A DNA stretch of 64,000 nucleotides from Lachnospiraceae bacterium (GCA_016290615.1 JAEEUS010000002.1:40954-104953), one strand, 5' to 3'. Positions 40,052 to 49,920 are shown, counted from the stretch's first letter. Made by a program: numbers and translations. The notes: generated by a model not told the origin, from the letters alone.

Positions 40052-41367
40052 TGAACAAAACCAGACACATAGTCGCAGAAGTCTCTAGAGGCAGCATAGC
40101 TGAAGAACTTGAAATCGTTGCTGGTGATGAGATATTGACCATAAACGGTGAGGAAATCGAAGACATCTTCGACTATCAGTTTTTATGCGAAAATGAATAT
40201 ATAGAAGTCGGTGTCAGGAAAGAATCAGGAGAAGAATGGATCCTTGAGATTGACAAGGAAGAGGATGAGGATCTAGGTATAAAGTTTGAAAACGGGCTCA
40301 TGGATGAGTATCACAGTTGTTCGAATAAATGTATCTTCTGTTTTATAGATCAAATGCCTCCGGGTATGAGAAAGACTCTGTATTTTAAGGACGATGATGC
40401 CAGATTGTCTTTTTTACAGGGAAACTATGTCACTCTTACAAACATGAGTGAAAATGATATAGAAAGAATAATCAAATACAATCTTTCTCCGATCAATATA
40501 TCATTTCATACAACAAACCCTGAACTTAGATGTATGATGTTAAATAACAGATTTGCAGGCAAAGCTCTCGAAAAAGCCAAAAGGTTCTACGAAGCAGGGC
40601 TTGTAATGAACGGACAGATCGTTTTATGCAAAGGTGTTAATGATAAAGATGAACTTGAAAGAACAATAAGCGATCTTTATGGATATCTACCGTACCTTCA
40701 AAGTGTATCGATCGTTCCTGTTGGCGTTACAAAGTACAGAGACGGTCTATATAAGATGGATACATGGGAAAAGGAAGATGCTGAATATCTTATCGATCAG
40801 GTTGAGAAGTGGCAGAAGAAGGCATATGCACAATATGGCCTTCATTTTGTTCATGCAAGTGATGAATGGTATATAAATGCTAAAAGGCCCTTGCCGGAAG
40901 CAGAAAGATATGATGGTTATCTGCAGATTGCAAATGGCGTTGGTACCATGCGTTCTATGATCGATGAATTTGAGGAGGAGCTTGCCAATTACAGTGATTA
41001 TAAAGAGAACGCTGAAAGAGTTACGGTTATCTGCGGAGAACTTCCTTACGAATACATAAAGATGATGGCAGATAGGCTGATGAATGATCATCCGCTTAAA
41101 GATATAAATGTTGTTCCGATTAAAAATCGATTTTTTGGCGAGAGTATAACTGTTACTGGACTTTTAACCGGTCAGGATATTGTATATGCGCTTAAGGATA
41201 AAGATTTAGGTAACAGGGTATTGTTATCTGAAAACATACTGAAAGCCGATGAGGAAATCTTCCTTGATGATATGACTCTTAATGAGTTTAAAGAAGTTTT
41301 ACAAGTAAGAGTAAGTATTGTACAATCAAATGGATACGATTTTGTTGATTGTATTTTGGAAAGTTAA
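40051..41367 (+). CDS. PDZ plus radical-SAM-like DUF512 protein
   Basis: GSIAEEL...GDEILTING; CSNKCIFC (CxxxCxxC); LYFKDDD; adjacent to der. Confidence 0.88.
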   Translation: MNKTRHIVAEVSRGSIAEELEIVAGDEILTINGEEIEDIFDYQFLCENEYIEVGVRKESGEEWILEIDKEEDEDLGIKFENGLMDEYHSCSNKCIFCFIDQMPPGMRKTLYFKDDDARLSFLQGNYVTLTNMSENDIERIIKYNLSPINISFHTTNPELRCMMLNNRFAGKALEKAKRFYEAGLVMNGQIVLCKGVNDKDELERTISDLYGYLPYLQSVSIVPVGVTKYRDGLYKMDTWEKEDAEYLIDQVEKWQKKAYAQYGLHFVHASDEWYINAKRPLPEAERYDGYLQIANGVGTMRSMIDEFEEELANYSDYKENAERVTVICGELPYEYIKMMADRLMNDHPLKDINVVPIKNRFFGESITVTGLLTGQDIVYALKDKDLGNRVLLSENILKADEEIFLDDMTLNEFKEVLQVRVSIVQSNGYDFVDCILES

Positions 41368-41373
41368 AAAATT

Positions 41374-42708
41374 ATGAGTACCAGAAAAAGAAAGCCCATA
41401 GTTGCTGTTGTGGGCAGACCCAATGTAGGAAAATCGACCCTGTTTAATGCACTTGCGGGTGAAAGAATAGCAATTGTTCAGGATACACCCGGAATAACCA
41501 GAGACAGGATATATGCCGATATAAACTGGCTTGATATGCAGTTCACACTGATAGATACAGGCGGAATCGAACCTGAAAGTTCTGATGTCATCTTAAGTCA
41601 GATGAGAGATCAGGCTCAGATTGCAATGGATACAGCCGATGTCATTATTTTCATGACTGATGTAAAGCAGGGACTTGTTGATGATGACATGAAAGTTGCT
41701 GATATGTTAAGAAGATCCCATAAGCCAGTTGTTCTTGTGGTAAACAAAGTAGACAGCTTTGAAAAATTCATGAATGACACTTATGAATTCTACAATCTCG
41801 GTATTGGTGAACCTGTACCGATATCTGCCGCAAACAGATTGGGGCTCGGAGATATGCTCGATGAAGTCGCAAAACACTTTGACAAGAGCATGACAGAGGA
41901 GACAGATGACGATAGACCCAGAGTTGCCATAATCGGAAAACCGAATGTCGGTAAATCATCTCTGATCAATAAAATAATTGGTGAAAAAAGACTGATCGTT
42001 TCTGATATAGCAGGGACAACAAGAGATGCGATAGATACTCCCGTCAAGGCTAATGGTAAAGAATATGTCTTTATCGATACTGCGGGTTTAAGACGAAAGA
42101 AAAATGTAAAAGAAGATCTCGAAAAATATATGATAGTAAGGACAGTTTCAGCTGTTGAAAGAGCTGATGTCGTTGTTCTTCTGATCGATGCTGATGAAGG
42201 TGTTACAGAACAGGATGCTAAGATAGCAGGAATAGCTCATGAGCGAGGTAAAGGATTCATCATTGCGGTAAATAAATGGGATCTGATTGAAAAGGATAAC
42301 AGCACCGTAAATGAATTCACAAAAAAAATACGCTCTACGCTTAGTTTCATGCCATACGCAGAGATCATGTTCATATCAGCGCTTACCGGTCAAAGGGTAC
42401 CTAAACTTTTTGAAATGATCGATGCCGTGATCAATAACTGTTCACTCAGAGTTCAGACCGGTGTATTGAATGAAATTATTGCTGAAGCAACAGCAATGCA
42501 ACAGCCTCCTTCTGACAAAGGTAAGAGACTTAAGATTTTCTATGCTACTCAGGCTGCTGTTAAGCCTCCAACATTTGTCATATTTGTTAATGACAAACAG
42601 CTGATGCATTTTTCATATACACGATATCTGGAAAATCAGATAAGAGATACCTTCGGATTTAGAGGTACACCTCTTAAATTTATTATAAGAGAGCGAAAAG
42701 AGGATTAG
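41374..42708 (+). CDS. der: Ribosome biogenesis GTPase Der/EngA
   Basis: Two G domains (GRPNVGKST and GKPNVGKSS), KH-like C-terminus. Confidence 0.98.
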   Translation: MSTRKRKPIVAVVGRPNVGKSTLFNALAGERIAIVQDTPGITRDRIYADINWLDMQFTLIDTGGIEPESSDVILSQMRDQAQIAMDTADVIIFMTDVKQGLVDDDMKVADMLRRSHKPVVLVVNKVDSFEKFMNDTYEFYNLGIGEPVPISAANRLGLGDMLDEVAKHFDKSMTEETDDDRPRVAIIGKPNVGKSSLINKIIGEKRLIVSDIAGTTRDAIDTPVKANGKEYVFIDTAGLRRKKNVKEDLEKYMIVRTVSAVERADVVVLLIDADEGVTEQDAKIAGIAHERGKGFIIAVNKWDLIEKDNSTVNEFTKKIRSTLSFMPYAEIMFISALTGQRVPKLFEMIDAVINNCSLRVQTGVLNEIIAEATAMQQPPSDKGKRLKIFYATQAAVKPPTFVIFVNDKQLMHFSYTRYLENQIRDTFGFRGTPLKFIIRERKED

Positions 42709-42715
42709 ATAATTT

Positions 42716-43405
42716 ATGTTTAGGGCAATATGTTTGATTGTCGGTTATGCATTTGGACTTATCCAGAGTGCCTATATATTCGGTAAACTTCACGGCGTCG
42801 ATATTAGAACGGTCGGAAGTGGAAATGCCGGAAGCACAAATGCTCTCAGAGCATTCGGGACCAAAGCTGGATTTACAGTTTTATTCTGTGATGCATTTAA
42901 GACTATGGCCGCTATATGGATCATGAGACTTACATTGGGAAGGATGTATCCCGATATATTATCTCTGATCATATATTATACGGCTGTGGGTGTCATACTC
43001 GGTCATAACTTTCCTTTTTATTTGGGATTTAAAGGCGGCAAAGGAATGGCTGCGACTTTAGGTTTGATCCTTTCGCTTTCTCCTTTCTGGTTCTTTGTGA
43101 CAATGTTTTCGCTTTTTGTTGTAATATTCCTAACGACTCACTATGTTTCACTGGGATGCATGTGCGCATATGTTCTTTTTGTGATCGAAACATTTGTCTT
43201 CGGAAGCAGGGGCATGCTTGGTGAAAATCTTACGCAGGCACAATTATTAGAGCTTTATATGATAGCTATATTTTTAATGTGTCTTGCGATATTCCAGCAT
43301 AGAAAGAACGTTGTAAGACTTATTAAAGGCCAGGAAAGCAAGACATTCTTAAGTAAAAAAGGAAAAGAAAAATATAAAGCTGAAAAAGAGACAGCGGGGG
43401 TGTGA
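42716..43405 (+). CDS. plsY: Glycerol-3-phosphate 1-O-acyltransferase
   Basis: DIRTVGSGNAGSTNALR, GHNFP, FKGGKG, HRKN. Confidence 0.95.
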   Translation: MFRAICLIVGYAFGLIQSAYIFGKLHGVDIRTVGSGNAGSTNALRAFGTKAGFTVLFCDAFKTMAAIWIMRLTLGRMYPDILSLIIYYTAVGVILGHNFPFYLGFKGGKGMAATLGLILSLSPFWFFVTMFSLFVVIFLTTHYVSLGCMCAYVLFVIETFVFGSRGMLGENLTQAQLLELYMIAIFLMCLAIFQHRKNVVRLIKGQESKTFLSKKGKEKYKAEKETAGV

Positions 43406-43407
43406 CT

Positions 43408-44418
43408 ATGGAAAAAATAGCAATAATCGGAGCCGGAAGCTGGGGCATTGCTCTTGCACAGTTACTTGCTCACAACAAACATGATGTAACAGTATGGTCA
43501 ATTATCGAAGACGAGATCAAAATGCTAAAAGAGAAACACGAGCATATTGATAAACTCCCCGGAGTTAAACTTGATGATTCGATCAAATATACAACTGATC
43601 TTAAGGAAGCTATAGAGGGAAAGAGAGTTCTGGTACTCGCAGTACCCAGTCCTTTCACAAGAAGCACCGCTTCGAAAATGAAGGAATTTGTCAAAGAAGA
43701 TCAGATAATCGTAAATGTTGCCAAAGGTATCGAAGAAGCAACTCTTATGACTCTTTCACAGGTAATAGAGGATGAGATCAAAAACGCTACAGTCTGCGTA
43801 TTATCAGGTCCCAGTCATGCAGAAGAAGTGGGAAGAGGGCTTCCGACAACTGTAGTTGTAGGCGCAAAGAAAAAAGAAGATGCCCAGTTTTTGCAAAACA
43901 TATTCATGAGTGAAGTTTTCAGGGTTTATATTAGCCCGGATATACTCGGTATCGAACTTGGAGCTGCATTAAAGAACGTTGTTGCACTAGCAGCCGGAAT
44001 AGCAGATGGCCTTGGCTTTGGAGATAATACTAAGGCAGCTCTTATTACAAGAGGTATAACTGAGATTGCAAGACTAGGTATGGCTATGGGTGGTAAATTT
44101 GAGACATTCTGCGGCCTTACCGGTATCGGTGATCTTATAGTCACATGTGCGAGCATGCATTCAAGAAACAGAAGAGCAGGAATTCTGATCGGACAGGGAA
44201 AAACCTATGAAGAGGCCATGGATGAAGTTAAGATGGTTGTCGAAGGTGTGTATTCTGCAAAGGCAGCATTAAAACTGGCTCAGAAATATGATGTAAAACT
44301 TCCTATTATCGAGGAAGTTAACAAAGTCTTATTTGACGGTGTAAAAGCCAAAGATGCAATAGGAAATCTGATGTTAAGAGACAAAAAACTGGAACATCCG
44401 GACGTAGAATGGAGCTAA
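43408..44418 (+). CDS. gpsA: NAD(P)H-dependent glycerol-3-phosphate dehydrogenase
   Basis: GAGSWG, LSGPSHAEEV, ALKNVVA, GDLIVTC, SRNR. Confidence 0.97.
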   Translation: MEKIAIIGAGSWGIALAQLLAHNKHDVTVWSIIEDEIKMLKEKHEHIDKLPGVKLDDSIKYTTDLKEAIEGKRVLVLAVPSPFTRSTASKMKEFVKEDQIIVNVAKGIEEATLMTLSQVIEDEIKNATVCVLSGPSHAEEVGRGLPTTVVVGAKKKEDAQFLQNIFMSEVFRVYISPDILGIELGAALKNVVALAAGIADGLGFGDNTKAALITRGITEIARLGMAMGGKFETFCGLTGIGDLIVTCASMHSRNRRAGILIGQGKTYEEAMDEVKMVVEGVYSAKAALKLAQKYDVKLPIIEEVNKVLFDGVKAKDAIGNLMLRDKKLEHPDVEWS

Positions 44419-44419
44419 T

Positions 44420-45238
44420 ATGGAATTAAGTAATTCATTTAAAGGTACAGGAGAATATGTTGCGAGCGAACAGCTCCTTTCGGCAGTTAATGTAGCAATC
44501 ACTTTACAAAAACCGTTACTTATTAAAGGAGAACCCGGAACAGGAAAGACAATGCTTGCACAGGCTGTTGCAAAATCTCTTGGTAAAAAGCTAATAATCT
44601 GGAATATAAAATCAACATCAAAAGCACAGGAAGGATTGTATATGTATGATACTATCCAGAGATTATATGATGGTCAGTTTGGTGAAGAAGGTGTTGATGA
44701 TATAGCTAGATATATTAAGCTCGGAAAGCTTGGTGAAGCATTTGAGAGTGATGAACAGGTAATCCTTTTGATCGATGAGATCGATAAAGCTGATCTTGAA
44801 TTTCCAAACGATCTGTTATGGGAGCTTGATCAGATGGAGTTTTATATCCATGAGACCAAGAGGACTGTAAAGGCAAAGCACAGACCTATAGTTATAATAA
44901 CAAGTAATGCCGAAAAAGAACTTCCTGATGCATTCTTAAGAAGATGTATTTTCCATTATATAGATTTCCCTGAAGCTGATCTGATGGAAGAGATCGTAAG
45001 AGTTCATCTGCCGGATGTTGAGGAAAATCTTCTCAAACAGGCTTTTGAAGTCTTTTATGATATAAGGGCTATGAAGGATGTAAGAAAAAAACCTTCTACC
45101 TCAGAACTGATAGATTGGATAAATGTTTTACAGCTTGGCGGTATTAAAGCTGAAGAGATCAGAAAGAAGCTTCCTTTTGTAGGTGTAATTGTTAAAAAGG
45201 ATGAGGATCTCGAGATTGTTAAACAAAAACTGGTATAA
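44420..45238 (+). CDS. MoxR-family AAA+ ATPase
   Basis: PLLIKGEPGTGKT, LLIDEIDKAD, TSNAEKELPDAFLRRC. Confidence 0.92.
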   Translation: MELSNSFKGTGEYVASEQLLSAVNVAITLQKPLLIKGEPGTGKTMLAQAVAKSLGKKLIIWNIKSTSKAQEGLYMYDTIQRLYDGQFGEEGVDDIARYIKLGKLGEAFESDEQVILLIDEIDKADLEFPNDLLWELDQMEFYIHETKRTVKAKHRPIVIITSNAEKELPDAFLRRCIFHYIDFPEADLMEEIVRVHLPDVEENLLKQAFEVFYDIRAMKDVRKKPSTSELIDWINVLQLGGIKAEEIRKKLPFVGVIVKKDEDLEIVKQKLV

Positions 45239-45240
45239 AG

Positions 45241-46443
45241 ATGTTTACAAAGTTTTTCTATGACTTGCGTGATGCAGGGCTTAAAGTAACGTTCGCTGAG
45301 TTTCTTACTTTGCAGGAAGCTCTCGATAAGGGATTGGCAAACAATTCCGTTACTGATTTTTATTACCTGTGTCGCATGATATTAGTCAAAAGCGAAACTG
45401 AATACGATAAGTTTGACATGGTATTTGAGAACAACTTTAAAGGTGCTCATTATGAACCCGAAGTTGGTGCCAATATGTTGAAATGGCTTGATAAATCCGA
45501 GATGGAGGAATTCATAGCGGAAACTGAAAGGCAATGGCTCAATCAGATGGAAGATCTTCAGATCGATAAGGATGATGTTGAAGAGAAATTCAGAGCCAGA
45601 CTCAAAGATCAGGACAGCGAACACAACGGCGGATCTCACTGGATAGGTACCATGGGCAAAACAAGCTTTGGTAATACCGGTGGAAACATCGGTGGAGTTC
45701 GTGTTGGCGGAAAGACAGGCTATCAGTCTGCATTTGCTGTTATCGGAGCAAAGAAATACAGAGATTTCAGAGACGACAGGATAATCGATAACAGGCAGTT
45801 TATGCAGGCTTTGAGAAAACTAAGGCAGTTTTCTACAAAACTTGATATTCCAAAAACTGAGTTAGATATTGATGGCACAATTGATAAGACATGCAATAAT
45901 GGTGGAATGCTGCAGATCGTGATGGAAAAACCGAGAAAGAATTCGGTAAAGCTGTTGCTTCTTATGGACAGCGGCGGTACTATGATTCCTTATTCAAGTC
46001 TTATGAATGAGCTGTTTCAGTCAATAAATAAGTCGAATCACTATAAGGACGTTAAAGTCTATTATTTCCACAATTGTATTTATAGCAAGCTTTATAATAC
46101 TCCGGAGTGTGAGAATGGCGACTGGATAGATACTGAATGGATGTTCAGAAATCTAGACAGCGATTATAAAGTTATAATTGTGGGCGATGCAGCCATGGCT
46201 CCGGAGGAACTATACAGTGATTCTGGCAACTACAGAGGACCAAACGGCGGACTTAGCGGATGGGACTGGCTGTTGCTGATGAAAAGACATTATAAAAAGA
46301 TCGTATGGATGAATCCTAAGATGGCTATAGGACATGCACCGTGGAGAGAAGCGGAAACTGCAGTCAAGACACTTTTTCCTATGTACAGACTGACAGTGGA
46401 CGGGCTTAACCAGGCCATGACTATGCTCATGACAGGAAAATGA
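45241..46443 (+). CDS. VWA/CoxE-like partner of MoxR
   Basis: GGSHWIGT, ELDIDGTI, LLLLMDSGGTM (MIDAS-like), YFHNC, VGDAAMAPEEL, WMNP. Confidence 0.88.
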   Translation: MFTKFFYDLRDAGLKVTFAEFLTLQEALDKGLANNSVTDFYYLCRMILVKSETEYDKFDMVFENNFKGAHYEPEVGANMLKWLDKSEMEEFIAETERQWLNQMEDLQIDKDDVEEKFRARLKDQDSEHNGGSHWIGTMGKTSFGNTGGNIGGVRVGGKTGYQSAFAVIGAKKYRDFRDDRIIDNRQFMQALRKLRQFSTKLDIPKTELDIDGTIDKTCNNGGMLQIVMEKPRKNSVKLLLLMDSGGTMIPYSSLMNELFQSINKSNHYKDVKVYYFHNCIYSKLYNTPECENGDWIDTEWMFRNLDSDYKVIIVGDAAMAPEELYSDSGNYRGPNGGLSGWDWLLLMKRHYKKIVWMNPKMAIGHAPWREAETAVKTLFPMYRLTVDGLNQAMTMLMTGK

Positions 46444-46472
46444 TACGTTCTTGTGAAAGGATATGATTTAAA

Positions 46473-47702
46473 ATGGGAATTTTTGAAGAATTAAAAGCAA
46501 GAGGACTTCTTGCACAGCTTACAGATGAAGAAGGCATCAGAGAACTGATCAACAACGGAAAAGCTACTTTCTATATCGGATTTGATCCTACTGCAGACAG
46601 TCTTCATGTTGGTCATTTCATGGCTCTTTGCCTTATGAAGAGACTTCAGATGGCAGGCAATAAACCAATAGCATTACTTGGTGGCGGAACAGGCATGATA
46701 GGTGATCCTTCCGGAAAGACGGATATGAGAAAAATGCTCACTAAAGAAGATATAGATCACAATATCGAATGCTTTAAAAAGCAGATGAGCAGATTCATTG
46801 ATTTTTCTGAAGGGAAAGCTATGCTTGTCAATAATGCGGACTGGCTCCTTGATCTTAATTACGTTGATGTCCTTCGTGAAGTCGGTCCTTACTTTTCAGT
46901 AACAAATATGCTTCGTGCTGAATGCTTCAAACAGCGTATGGACAGGGACGGAGGCTTAACATTTTTAGAGTTCAACTACATGATAATGCAGAGTTACGAT
47001 TTCCTTGAGCTCTACAGAAGATATGGGTGCAACCTTCAGTTTGGTGGTGATGATCAGTGGAGTAACATGCTCGGTGGAAGAGAGCTTATCAGAAAGAAAC
47101 TCGGTAAAAATGATGCTGAGGCAATGACCATTACACTTCTTCTTAATTCTGAAGGTAAAAAGATGGGGAAAACGGTCAGCGGCGCTGTATGGCTCGATGC
47201 AAATAAGACATCTCCGTTTGACTTTTATCAGTATTGGAGAAATGTAGCTGATTCAGATGTACTTAAATGCATCAGAATGCTAACATTCCTTCCTCTTGAA
47301 CAGATCGATGAAATGGACAAATGGGAAGGCTCTCAGTTAAATCAGGCTAAAGAGATCCTTGCTTTCGAATTAACAAAGCTTGTACATGGTGAAGAGGAAG
47401 CTGTTAAGGCTCAGGAAAGTGCAAGAGCTTTGTTTTCAGGGGCTGGCACACTCGAAATGCCTACAGCTATAATAACAGAAGATATGTTAAGAGACGGAGT
47501 TATTGATATTCTCGGTATTCTTGCAAATTCAGGATTATGTGCATCAAGAAGCGAAGCAAGAAGAGCAGTCGAACAGGGCGGTGTAACCGTTGATGATGAA
47601 AAGATCACCGATATAAAGACATGTTACGATCCTGAAAAGCTTAGCGGTGACGGCATTGTTGTTCGTCGTGGTAAAAAAAGTTACAAGCGAGTTAAAATGT
47701 AA
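46473..47702 (+). CDS. tyrS: Tyrosine-tRNA ligase
   Basis: [27 protein letters not shown]4-like C-terminus. Confidence 0.98.
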   Translation: MGIFEELKARGLLAQLTDEEGIRELINNGKATFYIGFDPTADSLHVGHFMALCLMKRLQMAGNKPIALLGGGTGMIGDPSGKTDMRKMLTKEDIDHNIECFKKQMSRFIDFSEGKAMLVNNADWLLDLNYVDVLREVGPYFSVTNMLRAECFKQRMDRDGGLTFLEFNYMIMQSYDFLELYRRYGCNLQFGGDDQWSNMLGGRELIRKKLGKNDAEAMTITLLLNSEGKKMGKTVSGAVWLDANKTSPFDFYQYWRNVADSDVLKCIRMLTFLPLEQIDEMDKWEGSQLNQAKEILAFELTKLVHGEEEAVKAQESARALFSGAGTLEMPTAIITEDMLRDGVIDILGILANSGLCASRSEARRAVEQGGVTVDDEKITDIKTCYDPEKLSGDGIVVRRGKKSYKRVKM

Positions 47703-47720
47703 TATATTTTACTGACTTAG

Positions 47721-47793
47721 TTAAATTTCTTAACAAATATTAAGGCAACTTAAGATTATGTTAATTCCATTTTATATTGCGAGAGTATATCAT
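47721..47793 (+). promoter_or_regulatory. Phased TTAA(G) array plus -10: candidate response-regulator-dependent promoter
   Basis: TTAA at 47721, 47730, 47740, 47750 and 47761; TTAAGA-TTATG-TTAAT; TATCAT at 47788; no good -35. Confidence 0.5.
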
Positions 47794-47799
47794 TAAGTC

Positions 47800-47943
47800 A
47801 TGGAAGAAATTTTTTCTCCGCCCAGAATATTCAATAGTTATTCATCTTGCAATTAAAATCTTTAATAAATCGTCGGTTTAGCGTATTGGTTCCCTACCAG
47901 GTATCGAAAGATACAAAGTTCGCATAAGCCGACGATTTATTTT
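47800..47943 (+). ncRNA. Candidate small RNA (family not recognised)
   Basis: Pyrimidine-rich UUUUUCUCCGCCC segment, then a 17-bp stem (47864-47880/47925-47941) enclosing two hairpins (UGGU-UCCCU-ACCA; GUAUC-GAAA-GAUAC) and ending in U's; the next gene has its own promoter. Confidence 0.6.
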
Positions 47944-47958
47944 GCGCCAAAAAATAAC

Positions 47959-47987
47959 TTGTATAAAAATGCGATTTCAGATATACT
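47959..47987 (+). promoter_or_regulatory. Sigma-A promoter of the DUF3048 gene
   Basis: TTGTAT-17 bp-TATACT. Confidence 0.7.
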
Positions 47988-48033
47988 TATAAAGGTTTGC
48001 GTTTATTAACCAAGAAAGAAAGGGAGTTGTAAA

Positions 48034-49155
48034 ATGAAAAGAAAAGTAGTAAGTACCTTAGCTGTTCTTTTATGTTTTTGCATGTTGGGGGCATGCGGTA
48101 AAGAAGAAGCTACGGTAGAATATGTACAGCCCGAGATAGAAACAATCCCGACTGTCGAAGAAACAAAGGACGAAGAACCTGTAGAAGAAGAGCATGTTAG
48201 AAAAGAGGATGAACTTCCTGCAGGTATGTATTTTTCAGAGTTGACTCATCTTCCTATTGATGAATCACTCAAGGATCAGAGACCCATAGCTGCTATGGTC
48301 GATAATGAGAAGACTGCTCTGGATCATTTTGGAGTTAATGATGGAGATATTGTTTACGAGATCATGAACTCTACACAGAATGACCGTATAACACGTCTCA
48401 TGGTAATCATGAAAGACTGGGGCAAGATCGAACAGCTCGGTTCGATAAGATCTACAAGACCCACAAACATTTTATTAGCTGCAGAATACAATGCAGTACT
48501 TTGCCATGACGGAGGTCCTTTCTATATCGATGCATACTTCTCTAAGGAAGTATTCAAGGATCATTTCTCAGGAATCTTCTCAAGAGTAGACAATGGTAAA
48601 GCAAGAGAGTTTACTGAGTATATTATGCCTGGTGATCTTGACAAGGCATTTAAGAACTCTAAGTTCTCTACAACATATACAGAATATTATCCTGGTGAGC
48701 ACTTCAAGTTTGCACCCAAAGCAGATCCTATAACATTTGAAGGTGAAGAAAACGCGAAGTCATGCACATTTATCGATCTTCCGTTTAAGCACAACGGATC
48801 AGAGCTCAAGTACAATGAATCTGACAAGAAATACTATTATTCTGAGTACGGTGCTCCTCACAAGGATGGAAAGACAGGTGAGGTTCTCTGCTTTGATAAT
48901 GTAATCATCCAGAGATGTACATTCTCACAGCTTGATGATCACGGTTATCTGATCTATAATGTAATCGATTCCGGAAAGGAAGGCTTCTACTGCACTAATG
49001 GTAAATGTGTTCCGATCACTTGGGCCAAGGGCGGTGAGGATAACTCGATTACAAGATTCTATGACATGAACGGTGAAGAAATCGAGATCAACACAGGTAA
49101 GACATACATAACACTTATCCCGAGCGACAGCTGGGATCAGCTGGTTATAAACTAA
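48034..49155 (+). CDS. DUF3048 (YerB-like) lipoprotein
   Basis: Lipobox LGAC; RPIAAMVDN, ITRLM, GSIRSTR, GKTYI. Confidence 0.85.
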   Translation: MKRKVVSTLAVLLCFCMLGACGKEEATVEYVQPEIETIPTVEETKDEEPVEEEHVRKEDELPAGMYFSELTHLPIDESLKDQRPIAAMVDNEKTALDHFGVNDGDIVYEIMNSTQNDRITRLMVIMKDWGKIEQLGSIRSTRPTNILLAAEYNAVLCHDGGPFYIDAYFSKEVFKDHFSGIFSRVDNGKAREFTEYIMPGDLDKAFKNSKFSTTYTEYYPGEHFKFAPKADPITFEGEENAKSCTFIDLPFKHNGSELKYNESDKKYYYSEYGAPHKDGKTGEVLCFDNVIIQRCTFSQLDDHGYLIYNVIDSGKEGFYCTNGKCVPITWAKGGEDNSITRFYDMNGEEIEINTGKTYITLIPSDSWDQLVIN

Positions 49156-49163
49156 GATTAAAG

Positions 49164-49194
49164 AGGCAACTGCAATATGCGGTTGCCTTTTTTT
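49164..49194 (+). terminator. Terminator after the DUF3048 gene
   Basis: AGGCAACTGC-AATAT-GCGGTTGCCT followed by a T-run. Confidence 0.88.
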
Positions 49195-49230
49195 ATGGTA
49201 AAATGAACATGTCGGTAAGAGAGGTATGAC

Positions 49231-49908
49231 ATGGAAAATAATAAGATCAAAAAAATTTATATAGCTGTATCCGTTGTTTTATCAATAATCATCATATGGC
49301 TGATTGCAGGCATGTTAAAGAGTAATGATCATTCAGATAATGATTCGCTTAAGGATGTTATAAACAATCAGTCAGATAAGAAGCTTTTTGATGATGCCCC
49401 TGTTGTCGAGGAGATAGTGACCGTCAATACTGAAGTGATACAGGACGGCCTTAAAGAGATGGGTACTCTAATAACACAAGAATATTACTTCACTCAGGTA
49501 GAAGAATACAAGAGTACAGAAAGAGTCTGGATCTTTGATTCAAAAGCATCTTTTATATTCAGCTATGACGGAGTTGTAACGGCAGGAATAGATTGCAATA
49601 ACATTGAGATTTCAAAAGATGATGAAGCAAAACTCATTACTGTTAAAATACCTGAAGCTGAAATAATCGGCGTTGACATCGATCATGACAGTTTCAAGAT
49701 CTATGAAGAAAAAGAAGGTCTCTGGAATAAACTTGACATGACAAAGTATAATAATTCGATCATAGAATTCGAAAATGCAGCCAAGACCAAAGCTCTAAAT
49801 AAAGGTATAATCAGTAAAGCTGACGAAAGCGCTAAAAATCTTATAGAATCATTTATCAATTCGTTGATAGAAGATAAAGAGTATTCAATCGAATTTGTAA
49901 GCAAATAA
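49231..49908 (+). CDS. DUF4230 family membrane-anchored protein
   Basis: N-terminal TM; LITQEYYFT, YDGVVTAGID, ITVKIPEAEI. Confidence 0.75.
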   Translation: MENNKIKKIYIAVSVVLSIIIIWLIAGMLKSNDHSDNDSLKDVINNQSDKKLFDDAPVVEEIVTVNTEVIQDGLKEMGTLITQEYYFTQVEEYKSTERVWIFDSKASFIFSYDGVVTAGIDCNNIEISKDDEAKLITVKIPEAEIIGVDIDHDSFKIYEEKEGLWNKLDMTKYNNSIIEFENAAKTKALNKGIISKADESAKNLIESFINSLIEDKEYSIEFVSK

Positions 49909-49920
49909 AGGTAATCCAAT

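Noticed and set aside
47721-47765. CRISPR-like or iteron repeats
   Set aside because: The units are only 4-6 bp at ~10-bp spacing; there are no spacers, cas genes or rep gene.
47703-47943. T-box, tRNA, hammerhead ribozyme or c-di-GMP riboswitch as the identity of the structured element
   Set aside because: It lies downstream of tyrS and lacks the UGGNACC T-box bulge, a cloverleaf with TTC loop, the CUGAnGA core and the GEMM motifs on either strand, as far as I can read.
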